A DNA stretch of 64,000 bases from Hydrolagus colliei (Eukaryota), in contig CM068744.1 in assembly GCA_035084275.1 (NCBI GenBank), forward strand, positions 103,106,001-103,170,000, given 5' to 3'. Shown here one piece after another: positions 49,401-63,184 of this stretch. The translations under genes were made by a program, and so were the position numbers. The notes under the pieces were generated by a model. That model did not search any database. It was given only the letters and a program-made list of their open reading frames with translations, and had not been told where the DNA came from. Numbering within the stretch: position 1 is the first letter of the stretch; each line of letters begins with the position of its first letter.

Positions 49401-51652
49401 ACCCTTCACCAAATTAAGGATGTTCAAACCAAAATTTTCTCAAGCAAGAAGCAAAAGGTCAAATAAAATAATTCTTATTCTATTGAAAGGACAGATCATT
49501 GAAGACAAGAGGACAAAATGAGTAGCTATGTTTTGAAGGTTTCTGTTGCTCAGCTTTTGGTATAGCACTTTGTTGGGCCAGTACTGTGGAACTTGGGAGA
49601 ATCCCCATCCTTGACCAATGTCAAAGCCAACTGACATAAATGTTCACGATGGGAAATGAACCAATGTCTTCAAAACCTTGAATCCATTCTTTGCATCAGA
49701 TATGAAAAACAAAGCAATAATTTTGGGCAATGGGTCTGGATTTAAACTCAACATTTGCCAATTCTGATGAGTATTCTCATTGATATAAATACTGTAATTC
49801 ACATTCACTAATGGAGGTCATGACATCTTCAACACACCAAATAATTATAGTTTTGCAGGTGCTTACCTACCATAGCAAATTCCATACAGTTGAAATAGTG
49901 GCAAAGCTACATGTCTTCAACTGCCTCAGTCCAATATTGCTCCCATTGTTCTCTCTCAGGTTAATTAGTGATCTTGATCTGGATCACAAACAACTCAATG
50001 TTTCACAGTTTAGATTTTTGCATATGCTTGCCCAACACTTTTTTGATGCCAAAATAAACACGAATGTCATTGGAAACTTGGATTCAGAGAAAGAGATTTT
50101 GGGCAAACTGTGTCTTTTGCAATATGTCTACCCCAGTTTTTCATGCATGAATGAATGAGGGACATTTGGGAGCCAACTCGGCAGGTTTTTTGGACTCAAA
50201 TGCAGAATGTATTGCTGCTTCAGGCATTCTGGATTGTTCAAGCTGCTGGAACCTCAATTCCTGGACCTTCCAAAAGATTTGGTAGAATTTACAGTGCCAA
50301 GTCACAACAAACTAAAAAGCATCAGTTGTGGCTGGCCATCTGTTAGAGGAGTTGATGCAGATTTTAAAAACAGAACTTGCTCTTCATTGACAAACAAATT
50401 AATATTTATGAATGCCACATAAAAGAATTCCCAGTTTCCAGAGACATAATGCCATTATTTTAAAAAGGGTCAAGATGCATCCCGGAAACTAATCAGTTTA
50501 TCATATAGAAATAAACTTAATTACATTAAAAGGATTTGATGGAAAGTACAGCTCGTTGAATGACAGCCATCAGTATTTAGGAAGTGGAGGTCGTGTTTAA
50601 GTAACCTGCTGAACGATAGAAGGCAAAGTAGATATATACACAAGAAGAAGCATTTAGATCTTTTAAGAAACTAGGAATGTGGCCTGGTTAGCATTATAGT
50701 TTAGGAGTAAAAAACTAAATATTGAATGTCAAACTGATTTTTATAAAAAATGAAGTACACTAATCAACATTCAATTGGAAACAATATTGAACCAGCTGCC
50801 CATTGTGCCACGGCAATAAAACAGCAAAAACAATCTGGTGCGCTTGTGGATGAGTCTCTCTGCAATTTTTTCTCTGCTTAGGGCTTTCTCTAACCGTGTA
50901 CTTAACTGTCTTTATTTATCTCTCTCTTATCCTACTGATTTCCTCCCTCACCTCGTTCAAAGTCTGTCTCAAGATGCATCTCTTTTTGTTATGTTTCCCC
51001 TTCCCACCCGGTTTGGCTTCCACACCCAGCTCTGATGCACAGCCAGCAGTGCAATGAGCTTTAAGTTGTCCTCCAGAACGTGAAAGGCATGATACAAAGG
51101 TAAATTGCATTGTTTTTCCAATTCTCAGCACACCATCAAATTACATACAACTTAAACATTTTTGCTGACATCATAGCCCAATTCAAAGTTTGTGAATATG
51201 AGAAGACATGGATAGTTGGTGTGTGGTTATGCAGCATTCCAAAGGACGGATTATAAAAAACTTTCATTTGTTGTAGCACCTCATCAGATCTATAGGTATC
51301 AAACACTTGACTTTGAAGTCTAGACACAGTTACATAGAGAAATGTATAAGCTAATCTGAACCAACCATGTCCAGAGAGAAATAAGATGAATGCTCCATCC
51401 TATTTATTTGATCTCAATACATTTGGATGAGGGAAGATATTTACCAAAAAATGGCTCTTTTGAAATGGTTTTCATAGGACTGAGGACATGTGGTGCATAA
51501 TAAGAGTTGTTTTATATAAAAGATTGAAACGTTTTACTTGAAATTTAGGAAGGATTTTTCACAGAATAGCTTTATCTGGAGTTTACTTGATGAAGGAAGT
51601 CATGTGATACAACAATCCAACTTTCAATAAAGCGCAATAAAAGTGAACTTAC

Positions 51653-51811
51653 TTCTGGCTTCTTGAACATCTGAATGTAAAACATGTGATTTTTCATTGG
51701 ATAGATGATGATCAAAACATCGCCGAAATCCGTAGGAATAATGCCCCTGCGGTAGTCCCTTGTATGCTCAGACCAGATAATGTGAATCTCATCATTCCCC
51801 AGGTGACGAAG
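51653..51811 (-). CDS. RALGAPA2: RALGAPA2 coding exon, 159 nt, phase 0/0: [53 protein letters not shown]
   Basis: Lies within ORF 51572..51823; acceptor ttgcag, donor GAA|gtaagt. Completes the KKLRHLGND asparagine-thumb motif of Rap/TSC2/Ral-GAPs. Confidence 0.96.
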
Positions 51812-54189
51812 CTGCAATGACAAATTGGCTCTTGATTAATTGTTGGGAAATAATGCATTTATTAATAGATTGATTTTTACCATATTAAAAGGTTTCAATT
51901 GGATTTCATCAAATTCTATACAAAAGATAGATCGATTTTCCAGTACAATGGTTTTCAAGGTTCGATGCATAATTTGGTCACTTCAATTTGCAAATCTGAA
52001 CTACAACAACAAAATTACATTGAAAGAGTGCCCTTCATGTCGGGAGGACGTCCCAAGGTGTTTGTATTCAGTCAAAATGTTCAATAGTAAAATGATGAAT
52101 ATTTTAATAACAATAATTTGATACCTGGGCCTGAACTATTGAAAATAAATTGTCTTTACCCTTGTTGTATGCACACAAGCATAACTATCAAACGTCCAAG
52201 ATATCAGCAGTGATTTGTTTATCGGAAATTAAGACACTTAATAAAGCTGAACTGTAAACTTCTTTCTAACTAATTTTTATTTGAAAGTATGTCACAGTGT
52301 ACTGACCATTAAGGAAATGTGGGGTTTATTATAAAACACTTTAAGGGCCCTGCTTTGATCTTCAAGCCATTCAATCCTAGCATGTAAATGATAAATGCTT
52401 GGAGTTGATTAAGTTATACCCAGTAGCAATATCATCAAAATGGCATTACCTGCATGACAACTCCATTGTTGAAAAATATAGAAACTGATTTGATACCAAC
52501 ACTCAATAACTGGATCACACCAGTCACCCCATTTGATTCTTTCATTAATCTCCACATTTTATAGACAATAATTTTTACCAAAAGCGCTAAGTCCCAGATA
52601 CCCCAATCAAGTGCAAATTATTCTTCTCACATGAGGATCTGCAGGTTATTTGTCTGTAGATAATGATAAGTTTGAACCTGTGTTTTCACACCCACATACT
52701 CCCAGCAAGGAGTAAGAGAGGAAGAGCAACAACTTGCATTTATATTGCATCTTTCACATAGGTAGAATATCTTGCAGGCTTTGAAATCCTGCCCAATTTT
52801 TTTCTTCTTCTTCATTCAGGACTTGAGATTAACTGTGGCACCCTGACTGCTGCTCAGTGGAGATTAGTTCATAGCATTATCCACTTTATTCTCATTTAAT
52901 GTGAATAAACACTGGTCCTTTAATCATCTTTTAATCCAAATACAATTCACCTTATATTGATTATTTAAAGGCTAGGCTGTTGGTCTGCTTCACGAATCTT
53001 CTGAGATAAAAAAAAATCAAGTCAAACATGATTTTGCTGAACTTAAAAAAAATCGGAATCCTTGTGTGATCAGTCGCGTGCCACATAAATCCATTTACTA
53101 ATGCTGCTATTCTGCCGGCTGTGAGCCGGGTGGCTAGCAAACTATTCATGTCACTGGTCAAGGCACCATGCCCAAGCGCCTGACCTCTCTTCTGTTAATT
53201 GCATTATAAAGCCAGCTGGCTCAAGTATGGAGTCGTCAATTTGATTGAAAAATTCCTGCTGTCAAGTAGGCATGGTTGCCCTGTTATTCAGTCACTCTGA
53301 AGCCTGACCACCCCTTTGTTTGTGCTGCAGTGCACTCTTCCTCAAAAACTGAGTTTTATTTGTAAATTAACCAAAAAACTTCCTGCCAGAATAGCAATGC
53401 CTGGAGACTGATAATGTGTGCCTTTCATTCTGCTCCATTCTCACTGTAACCCTGCCAATTTGTTTTCCTGCTCTCGTCCTGCCTCAGGCTAAAAAAGCCT
53501 TGTAAGACATGAGTGCAATTACAGTTCTTGGAGCCAAATGAATTGTACAAATCCAATAGCACAGTTCTGTCACAGCTTGCAACCCCTGTCGCGGTAAGAT
53601 TAGCTGCTAAAAATCCAATCTAACAAAGCTAACAAATTTCTACTGTAAGAGCACAGGGTTCAGCATGGGGTCGGAGGCACATAACGAAAATGAGGTCCGC
53701 AAAACTACTAAACATTTTATGACAAATCACCTCAGCAGTTTTTGCAGCACATTTAAAAAAAACATAAACTGAGATTTGGTGAGAGAGTTCAATGGACTAC
53801 ACCATGCTGATGCACAAATTTATTTTCATTTTGATCAATCCCATCAAAAAGTTCCATTAGTAATGATGCTGCACCTCACAATACCAATGAACAATATGGT
53901 CACCATCTTTTTACTGAATTCATGATTCTTGCTACTCATTTGAATACATATGGCATTTTAGACTTATCTGACTACTTTCAAAACACCTACACCATATTGT
54001 ACTGATGTGAACCAGTTTCAACTGATGCTTCTTGTATTAAAGACTCACTACAATATTTTGTGATCCTTTGAAAGTTTATTTGCAAATTGCAATTTAACAC
54101 AATTTATTTGCTAAATTCAGTATTTCCAAGATGCAGTCATTGCTTGGATAAATTCAAGAACATTTCATTTCTGTCCATTTCAATTTTCT

Positions 54190-55312
54190 ACTGAGGAACT
54201 CCTCATTGGTTCCCATCAGCGTCTCCACATCTCAGGCACTGACAGCATCACTATCCAAGGATGCAGACTAAGCCAGTCCAGAACCTTGGTATCTTGTTTG
54301 AACCCCAACTATCCTATCTACTCGAGATCAATACCATGTCCTGCTCTGCCTTCCCCCACACTGCCTCCATCACTGCCTTCCACCGCAGGCCAGCAAGAAC
54401 CTCATAAACGCATTCATAACATCCAGGTAGCTCAACTATGTAAACTCTCTGCTTGTCGGCCTCCCTAACATCTCGCTCCATAGGATTCAGATCATCCAGA
54501 ACTCTGAAGCCCATGTCCCCTCCTGCACCAAGTTCCACGACCCAATCCCATCCTCGCTCAACTCCACTGCACTGCCTCAACTGCACTGCCTTCCCATCCC
54601 ATTGTGGAGTCCTGTACTTCAGTGGTTAAATACTTGCCTTGCAAGTGAGAGACCTGGGTTTGATTCCCAGCAGGGCAAAACCTTGGGCTAGTTTCCTTAT
54701 TCCATGCGCTGATAATAATCTCAAGAAAATACCCTAAGAATAATTTGGTCAGTCCATCCGTGACTGTTTGTGGGACACTGCTGTGCGCAATTGGCTGCCA
54801 CGTTTCACCCACAAATATACAGTCAATTCAATTTACAGTATATTCTGTGAAGCACTTTGAGACGTCTAGAAGATGTGAAAAGTGCTATATCAAATGCAAG
54901 GATTATTATTATTATCATCAGACAGACCGTGCAGTTCAAGATCCTGGTCCTCACCTTCAAAGCCCTCCATGGCCTTGCTCCCCCTTATCTCTGCTACTTT
55001 CTAACCCCCAACCAACCTCCCAGCTCCCTTCATTCAGCAGGCTTCGGACTGCTTCATTTCCCCCAGCTCGCCTGCCTTCTGTCACGCTGCCCCCACCTTC
55101 TGGAATCCCTTCCGCCTCGCCCCCTCCCTTGCCTCCTTCATACCCGTCTCAAGACCTGTCTCAGTCCCTCTTCTTCAACTGTGTCTTTCCCCCATGTCCT
55201 CCACCCTCCCAAATCCCGACCCCCAGTTTGGGTCTGAAACACCTGATTGTGTAGCGCCTTGGGAAGTCTTCCCGCTCTGAAAGGCTTTATATAAATGTAA
55301 TTTTGTTGTTTT
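54190..55312 (+). mobile_element. Older L2 3' fragment split by a SINE insertion
   Basis: L2 motifs (ctccactgcactgcc before the SINE; gttcaagatcctggtcctcaccttcaaagcc after it); tail at 55250-55312. Confidence 0.8.
54607..54916 (+). mobile_element. Full-length tRNA-derived SINE nested in L2
   Basis: gagtcctgtacttcagtggtt..gggtttgattccc..tgtttgtgggacactgctgtgcgcaattggctgcc..caaggattattattatt. Confidence 0.88.
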
Positions 55313-55344
55313 TGTACTTCCAAATATCTAACCGACTATGAGAA

Positions 55345-55637
55345 AACAACAACTTGCATTTATATAGCGCCCTTCACATGCTATAGCACCCTGGAGCCCT
55401 TGATGAAATCAAAAGCAATATGTGAGGGTGAAACACACACAACGCAGCTAATTGCACACAGCGGTGTCCCACAAACAGTCGTGGAATTAAATGACCAATT
55501 TATTGTGATTGTTTTTTTAAGGGATTATTATCAGCCGTGGAGTAAAGAAACTTGTGCAAGGTTTTTCCTTGCCGGGAATTAAACTTGGGTCTCTTGCTGG
55601 TAAGGCGACTTCTCTAACCACTGAGCTACAGGACTCC
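55345..55637 (-). mobile_element. tRNA-derived SINE with (GTT)n-type tail
   Basis: Head reverse complement of ctctaaccactgagctacaggactcc; tail aacaacaacttgcatttatatagcgcc. Confidence 0.82.
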
Positions 55638-55909
55638 ACACGGAGGCATTGTGACTTTACATCTCTCATGTTTCTCAATTAATTTCACTCACCAATTCTT
55701 TCTAAAATTTACTGACCCAATCTTTCTCACCATTGCAGTTTATTCCACATACTCACTTCCAAGGAGGTGAACTGTGCATATTTCATAATTCATTCAATAA
55801 ATAATAACTGACAACAGCTGCAAACTTTATTCCATTTTTTAACTATTGACAATATCAGTGACTTCCTCCCCATAATACCAAAACATAAGATCAGCATTTT
55901 CAGATGCTA

Positions 55910-56240
55910 ACTTTGGCTCAGTTGGTAATACTCTCACCTCTGGTACAGAATGTTATGGGTTCAAGCCCCACTTAAGGATTTTGAACTAATAGGCTAGCAA
56001 ACACTTCAGTGCAGGGGAGTACTACATTGTTGGAAGTTAAAATTTTCAGACACTAATGTCCCGTTTCTTGTTTAGGTAGATATTAATCCCATGACTCTAT
56101 TTTTAAAAAAATGTTTCTTCTGTTATCCTGCTTAACAATTATCCATTTAAATTGATCATTCATTTTATGGCTGTTTGTTGAAAATGCGGTGTGCAAATTA
56201 GCTGCCGCATTAATCTACAAGTGCATTTACAATTTGAGAA
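55910..56240 (+). mobile_element. Older Deu-domain SINE
   Basis: ggctcagttggtaatactctcacctct..gggttcaagccccact..gctgtttgttg..gtgcaaattagctgccgc. Confidence 0.7.
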
Positions 56241-56269
56241 TAGTGCAAAGACTATTATTATCTTTGCAG

Positions 56270-58148
56270 TCACTTCGCAGGACCTCACCTCGCAGATCCT
56301 CTCCTCAAACGATCGTTGTGAGGAGATGCTGGACTTCCTCTATTCCAAAATAGAGAGAATCCGCTCTGCGGTTTCCTCCCCCTACCACTCCTCCACCTCC
56401 GCGCCCTCATCAGTTACCTCAACCCCTACTCACCCCCCATTTCACACTTTCAACCCCACCACCCCGTTTTCAGTCACAAAAAGAATTACCTCCATGAAAC
56501 CCACCACGTGCTCATTGGACCCCATCCCCACCCCCCTCCTCTGCACCCAGCTCCATTTGTTAGCCCCACTCATTTCTGACACCATTAACCTTTCCCTCTC
56601 CTCAGGCACCGTCCCTACCTCCCTTAAAACAGCCACCATCACCCCATCCTGAAGAAACCCTCCCTTGATGCATCGCAACCATCAAGCTATCGACCCATCT
56701 CCAACCTCCCGTTTTTATCCAAGGTCCTTGAAAGAGTGGTTGCCTCCCAGCTTCGCTCTTTCCTTTCAACTCACTCACTTTTTGAACCCCTCCAATCAGG
56801 TTTCCGCCCAATTCATAGCACAGAAACTGCCCTGGTTAAGGTTACAAATGACATCCTAACCGCCTGTGACCAGGGCTCCCTCTGCCTCCTCATCCTCCTT
56901 GACCTGTCTGCTGCGTTCGACACAGTCCTCCTTCAACGTCTTTCCTCCCACCTCAACCTTCAAGGCACAGTCCTTGACTGGTTCCATTCCTACCTGACCC
57001 ACCGCTTACACTTTGTTTCTTCCAACGGTTTTTCCTCAAACCCCCGCACAGTTTCTCACGGCGCCCCTCAGGGCTCTGTCCTCGGCCCCCTCCTTTTCAC
57101 CATTTACACGCTCCCTCTGGGCGATGTCATCCGCAAACATGGGGTAAATTTCCACATGTATGCAGACGACACCCAGCTGTACCTTTCTGCCTCATCCCTC
57201 AACCCCCAGACCATCGATGTTCTGACAGCATGTCTGTCCGACATTGAGTCCTGGACGAGGGACAACTTCCTGCAATTGAACGTGAGTAAGACCGAGGCCC
57301 TCCTGATTGGCTCAAGCCAGCGCCTTTGCACATCAGGCGCTGCCAGCCTCAACATCCAAGGCTGCACTCTCCACCTCACAAAGCCAATCAGGAACCTCGG
57401 CATCATGTTCGATCAAAAACTTTCCTTCCTCCCCCACATCCGCGCCTTGACCGGCACCGTTTATTTCCACCTGCGCAATATTGCCAGGCTCCGCAACTAT
57501 CTTACCCCCCGCGCTGCCGAAACACTCGTGCACGCATACATCACCTCGAGGCTGGACTACGGAAACTCTCTCCTCGTCGGCCTCCCCAGTTCCTCCATTC
57601 ACAGGCTGCAGGTCATCCAAAATTCTGCAGCCCATGTACTATCCCGCACCTGCCTCCGCGACCACATAACCCCCACCCTCGCTCGTCTCCATTGGCTCCA
57701 CATTCTCCAGAGGATCGAGTTCATGATCCTCGTCCTCACCTACAAGGCCTTACATGGCCTTGCCCCGCCCTATTTAACCGATCTACTTACCCCCTACAAG
57801 CCCACCCAGACCCTCCGTTCAACAGGACTTGGCCTGCTCCAAGCCCCCCGCCCTAACCGCCCCACCATCGGAGGCCGGGCCTTCAGTTTCTCCGCTCCCA
57901 CCCTATGGAATGCCATCCCTCAATCACTCCGTTTCGTTTCTTCCCTTTCCTCTTTCAAGGCCGGTTTGAAGACTTTCCTCTTCAACTGTGCCTTTTGTTC
58001 CACCCCGAACTCTTCGACCTCCCCTTCGTGTTTCACCCCTTCCCAAACACTCCCCTCCCAGCTCGGGTCACACGCCTCCTGTGCAGCGCCTTGGGACGTC
58101 CTCCCGACGTGAAAGGCGCTCTATAAATGTAATTTGTTGTTGTTGTTA
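56270..58148 (+). mobile_element. 5'-truncated L2 LINE with reverse-transcriptase ORF (frameshift near 56645; no endonuclease domain)
   Basis: ORF 56191..56652 (PTTCSLDPIPT..INLSLSSGTVP) continues after a frameshift into [15 protein letters not shown] and ORF 56736..58112 ([27 protein letters not shown]); stem-loop and (GTT)n tail. Confidence 0.95.
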
Positions 58149-58329
58149 TATTTCAATGTTGTTTCAGTGGTACACTCAAGCGCCGATCTCTGTCAGGGGG
58201 ACAAACAATTATTGTACAGTTCATTGACTTGTTTTTATAAGTAAACATGGCTGCAATTTGTGCCAGCAAGCTCCCACAAATAAAACAATTTACATTGATA
58301 TAGAAACTTTCACACAAAGTGAATGACTC

Positions 58330-58775
58330 AACAACAACAAAACTACAATTATAAAAAGCCTTTCACGTTGGGAGGACATCCCAAGATGCTAAACAGTCAG
58401 GGGTCAGGACCCGAGCATGGGAGAGGGACAGGGTAGTGAGGGATGGAAGGGAGAGAGGTGGGAGGGCGGCAGAAGGGACAATTGAAAAGGAGGGTCTTGA
58501 GACCATCCTTGAAGGAGGCAAGGGAGAAAGCGAGGTGAAGTGACTGTGGGATGGAGTTCCCGAGTGTGGGGGCAGAGAGGCTGAAAGTCTGGCCACCAAT
58601 GGCAAGGCGGATCGGGTGGGAGACATGGAGCAGACTGGAGCCTGCTGAATGGTAGAGGCGGGCAGGTTGATCTGGCAGGGAGTCAGTAGGTTGGAGAGAT
58701 AGGAAGAGGCAAGGCTGTTAATGGCCTTGAAAGTGAGGACGAGGAAGGAGTTTCCATAGTCGAGCCTTGATTCAA
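58330..58775 (-). mobile_element. L2 LINE 3' fragment, tail-to-tail with the 56270 copy
   Basis: ORF 58363..58797 [21 protein letters not shown]; (caa)n tail. Confidence 0.88.
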
Positions 58776-60439
58776 GCTGGGTCGAGCTGAGACTCAAAAT
58801 GCTTTACAAAATGTAAGCAGGTACACGAGGTGGGAGGGAGTCGTGAGTGATAGGGAAAAGGCTCAAAGTTTAATGAAGGTTTTTAAAATTGTTTTGAAAG
58901 CTGTCAGGGAGAGGGCAAAGCAGATGCACTTGGGAAGAATTCCAATGAGTGTTCCAGATATCAGAAATACAGCCATGAGGTGATTGACCAACTAATCTGA
59001 ATTAAAGGATATTTTTCTACTATCAAGTACGCTATCATGTTAGCTACCACCTAAACATCTTTTTTTGCCTAAGTATTTAGTGCATAAAACTGCAGAAGAA
59101 GAGCATGAATAATAAGATGCTTAGGGATTTGACCTAAAGTAGCTGTATACACAGCCAATTCTAATACCTCTCAAACAATCTAATTCCTGGATCTTATATA
59201 TAAGATTCTCTATGAAGCCAGTCTTAGATGTGAAATGAAAATCAGTATAATGGCTTCTGAGTTCAAGGGGACATCATAATGTAGCAATTTGCCATGATGT
59301 TGAAAAACTATAAAATTGCATGTTTTTAAATTGCAGTGATTGAATGATAGCAAACTTTTAATTTAAGCAAGATCAGAGCTTAGAATCCTTAAATTGTGAT
59401 ACAATAATATATATTATTATTATTGATTGAAATTCTACTCATTGTAAACTTAAACCATTTTGATGTGCACTTTAATGGCATGTCCCCATTCTAAGTTTCT
59501 AAGCCTGGTAGCAAGAGGATTTTTAACACCTGGATGTCACTACTTCATATGGTGAGAATAATTTAAACTATCTCTGTGTTTTCTAGTAAGCACAAAAACA
59601 TCTTAATTTATTTCAAATGCAAAATAATGTTTTTATTTCTTAGATTTATTGATTCTTCAGCTCACATGCAGATAATTTGGTTGAAATTATTTTAATTCTA
59701 TTGTAGGATGTAGGTTTGCATTCTATGTTTTACCCCCATATAACAAATGAGTTGAGTGATGAGGAAAACTAAACTGCCCCGGTTGCAACATTATTGTGGT
59801 TGGGTAAAACTGATTTTAAAAATACAGTACCATGCAAGAACAAAAAGTGACACAGTCTACTTGAAAATAACTAGCACAAACACTTTGGAAACTTCTTTAT
59901 TGTCTATGTATTCCCTCTCAGTGTACACTGAAATGAAAAGAATATTGACAGGACGTAACAGCATAATAATATTTAAATGCTGTATTGAAAGTGTAACTAA
60001 TTTGGATTCTTTTTATGGCCTAATGTACTGAATTCTGCTTGGCGTTAGTTGTTTGGCAAGTTCTTGTTTGTGAGAAAACAAAACTGAAGTGACCAGTTAT
60101 TTTACCACAATAAAATAATAACTCATAATGGTCTAACAAATATCTCTGAGATTTATGCAAATTAAAAACTTCAGGGAAAAAATACTCTTCCTTTTCAAAC
60201 CATCTTGAAATTTGTAAACTGCTTAGAGCATTCTGCAACAGAAATATTCACAGCACCATTTCTCGGACCCAGAATACAAATTAAACATTTGTATTGTGAA
60301 GCTTATTAAGAATTCATCAATTGAAATGTAACCATAAAATTTCATAAATTAATTGTAAAATGTTGAACTATATTACTTAACATTTATATGTTGTAGTTAG
60401 CAATTTTTACATGATTCCATAATCAGTATCTAAAATCGT

Positions 60440-60605
60440 TTTCTAAAAATAAATTGGTCATTTCAATCCACGAGAATTGTGGGACACTGCTGTGTGCATA
60501 GCTGCTGCGTTTCGCCTGCAAAGATAGTCGATTCACTTTACAGTATATTCTGTGAAGCAGAATTCTGTGAAAGTGTTACATCAAATGCAAAGATTATGAT
60601 TATTA
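60440..60605 (+). mobile_element. SINE 3' half
   Basis: tgtgggacactgctgtgtgc..attcactttacagtatattctgtgaagc..caaatgcaaagattatgattatt. Confidence 0.78.
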
Positions 60606-62324
60606 AATGCACCCTATGTCAATAAATTGGTTCAAAGGGATTCATACCTAAATATTGTGAAATGTAATGACCATTTGTAGATAAAACAGTGAAGGCTGTT
60701 TGTAGGGTATTAGCATACAAATGGAAGACTTCAAAATGCTTAGCCATTTGAAAATGTCAAATGCTAAGATCTACTAAAGATATTAACATTGATTTTTAAA
60801 ATTGTGGTTGATATCTGTATTACATTTGAGCATTTTTGCTCCGCTGAATACAAAACAGAGAAAGGAAGTATTCTAGTTTTTTGGGGGGAGGTGGGGGGGA
60901 TATTTAAAATCAGATAACAGAGGTCAACAGTGAGACAGTGATTAAGAGTTTTTGTACAATTAAAATTTATACATTATATAATTAATTTGGTTGATCTTTT
61001 ACGAACGTATAGTCAAAATATTTCTTCATTGTACACAATAGCGTTGTTGGAGAGACAGACACATACTGCACAATGTTCTGAGATTCAGACTCTCTTTCAA
61101 ATCTATACAAACCACAAAAAAAGGCTCAGAAAATCCTTTGACAAATGTTGTACAAGATTTGCAAACCCACTTTATACATGAGTTAAGTCAAGTTACACTG
61201 AGCTTCCAATATGCAAATACAGCCAGAGTTTAAGGCCACGACCAGATGATTTTATTTTCATTGAAGTTACCAGTACACTCATTAGAAGTGAATATTCTCA
61301 CACCATATTTCTAGCCTGACAACAGATAATAGCATGCTGGTTTTCTTCCAAGTGCATTGCAAAAGTAAACATCACAACAGTTAATGATTAATTAATTCAA
61401 CTAATTTGCAGCTGCCACTACTTTAAGTTGAAAGGTTTCCTAGGTACGAACAGACTAGTTACTCTGCTGGGCCTTTTTGGTCACTTATCTAGATGCCGTC
61501 AAAATTATGCATTTGGATATAATAAAACAATAATTGCAGCCTCAGCAGGAAGATTAGATTATGTGATTACCTCTATCGTGGCATATTCAGTATGGAACAA
61601 AACGTTTATTCTAGCTAAGGGCCTGTCAATGTGCATTGTGCCTTTCTAAGATCCTCCACTCAAAACCATAGCTGATTAATTTTTAGCAAAGTGTACTCAT
61701 GAATTCAGTAGTATGCCATTAAAATCCATATGAAGATTTTTCTTTTAAACAAAAGATTGCAGCGCTTGCCTGTTACATTTCTTCTTGATATACAGAGAGC
61801 TCTGTGCTGTCTGGTCTCAATACAGGTAGATTTCATCAGCCCCTGAGTGTTACACAGGCCTATTCTATCATTCAGTTCCATTCTTCTTAGTCAGCCCATT
61901 GATCAATTGCCATCAATGCTTTCATCCCAACAATTTTCGATGAAACTCCTGAATAAACGTACGTGATTTTTATCATTACGATAAGGCTTGTAATTTTTTC
62001 TCTTTTGCTAAATCAAGAACCCTCTCATTTGTAATTTGATAAAGTGTGCATGCACACAATTTTGAAGCAAGCTTCCCCATTGCCAAGAAGAAAGCACCAT
62101 TGATTTAACAGTACAAAACCAACCTTTCTAGGGGTTTAAATTTATAAATTTTAACAATAGTCCTGGATAAGGAAATTGAGTGAAGACTCCTCAAGTAATC
62201 AACAAGCATAAGAATATGCAGGAATTATGTTCCAAAGTAGATTGTATTGGAGTGGAGTTACCACAACTCGGCTAATGTAGTTTATTTATTAAATCTGTTA
62301 ACAATTGCCACGTCCCATCGGCAA

Positions 62325-62447
62325 CTCCTAAATCCCCCACCTTGCCTCCCCCCCGTCCCCATCTTGGGATGACGTAGTGACCGTCCTGCGCCTTGGGATG
62401 TCCTCCTGACTTGAAAGGCGCTATACAAATGAAATGTTGTTGTTGTG
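62325..62447 (+). mobile_element. L2 tail fragment
   Basis: gcgccttgggatgtcctcctgacttgaaaggcgctatacaaat..(ttg)n. Confidence 0.78.
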
Positions 62448-62869
62448 GTATAAAATCCCTCTGTCATGGTGCAAAGTTTAAATGTTATTGGCAATAATTG
62501 GACCTGAAAATGTAGATGACGCAGTATAAAAAGACTACATAAAAGCAAACTTTCAGTTTTAATCCACACTAGGAAATATTCACCTGAGGCTCGAGTTAAG
62601 GAACACTGTTAAGACTATGAAGCAGGATCACATCAGAATGTTTTTAAATCATGCATCATACAGTAGTTAGTATTGAAGGATGAACAAATGCATCATTTCC
62701 AATTCTGCTATCACTTCCATTTCCTTGAACTCATGTAGATACACATTAAAATAATTTTAGGCAAGGCTATCAAAAATATGATTTGCTAGTTTACATTCTT
62801 CATTCTTACAAAGCTTACTGGAGTAATATATTTCAGGATAATTTACTCAACATTCATTAATCACTTTAC

Positions 62870-63025
62870 CTTTTTTGTTATCGAATCATCAGAGTCCGAT
62901 GGCATTCTGCTGGAAACATGGAAGATGACTTCCACAGTAGAGGTAGCAAAGTATGGTGCAGTTTGCCCTGTACTGCCATTCCGCTGCAAACCGCCCATGA
63001 AACCACAATGTGTGGACAGGTTAAT
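62870..63025 (-). CDS. RALGAPA2: RALGAPA2 internal coding exon (Rap-GAP domain), 156 nt, phase 0/0: [52 protein letters not shown]
   Basis: Manual minus-strand translation; acceptor ttctccag, donor AAG|gtaaag. The peptide matches recalled vertebrate RALGAPA2 ([23 protein letters not shown]) better than RALGAPA1 ([23 protein letters not shown]). The ORF track shows a different frame here. Confidence 0.95.
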
Positions 63026-63184
63026 CTGGAGAACAATAAATAGACTTCAGAAATAGACAAAACTCACTATCGATTTTAGAAATAAAGTTATTTCAAATAT
63101 AAAGAAGATTTTCAAGATGCACAATTTCTCATGGTTAGCCTATTCTTGCAGACTTTTGCAACGTGTAAATAGTATGAATAGATA

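Noticed and set aside
56736-58112. 458-aa ORF as a host gene or novel RT system
   Set aside because: It is a standard L2 RT: 5'-truncated, frameshifted upstream, and ending in the L2 tail seen many times in the window.
62870-63025. Assignment to RALGAPA1
   Set aside because: Diagnostic residues ([28 protein letters not shown]) match RALGAPA2 as recalled.
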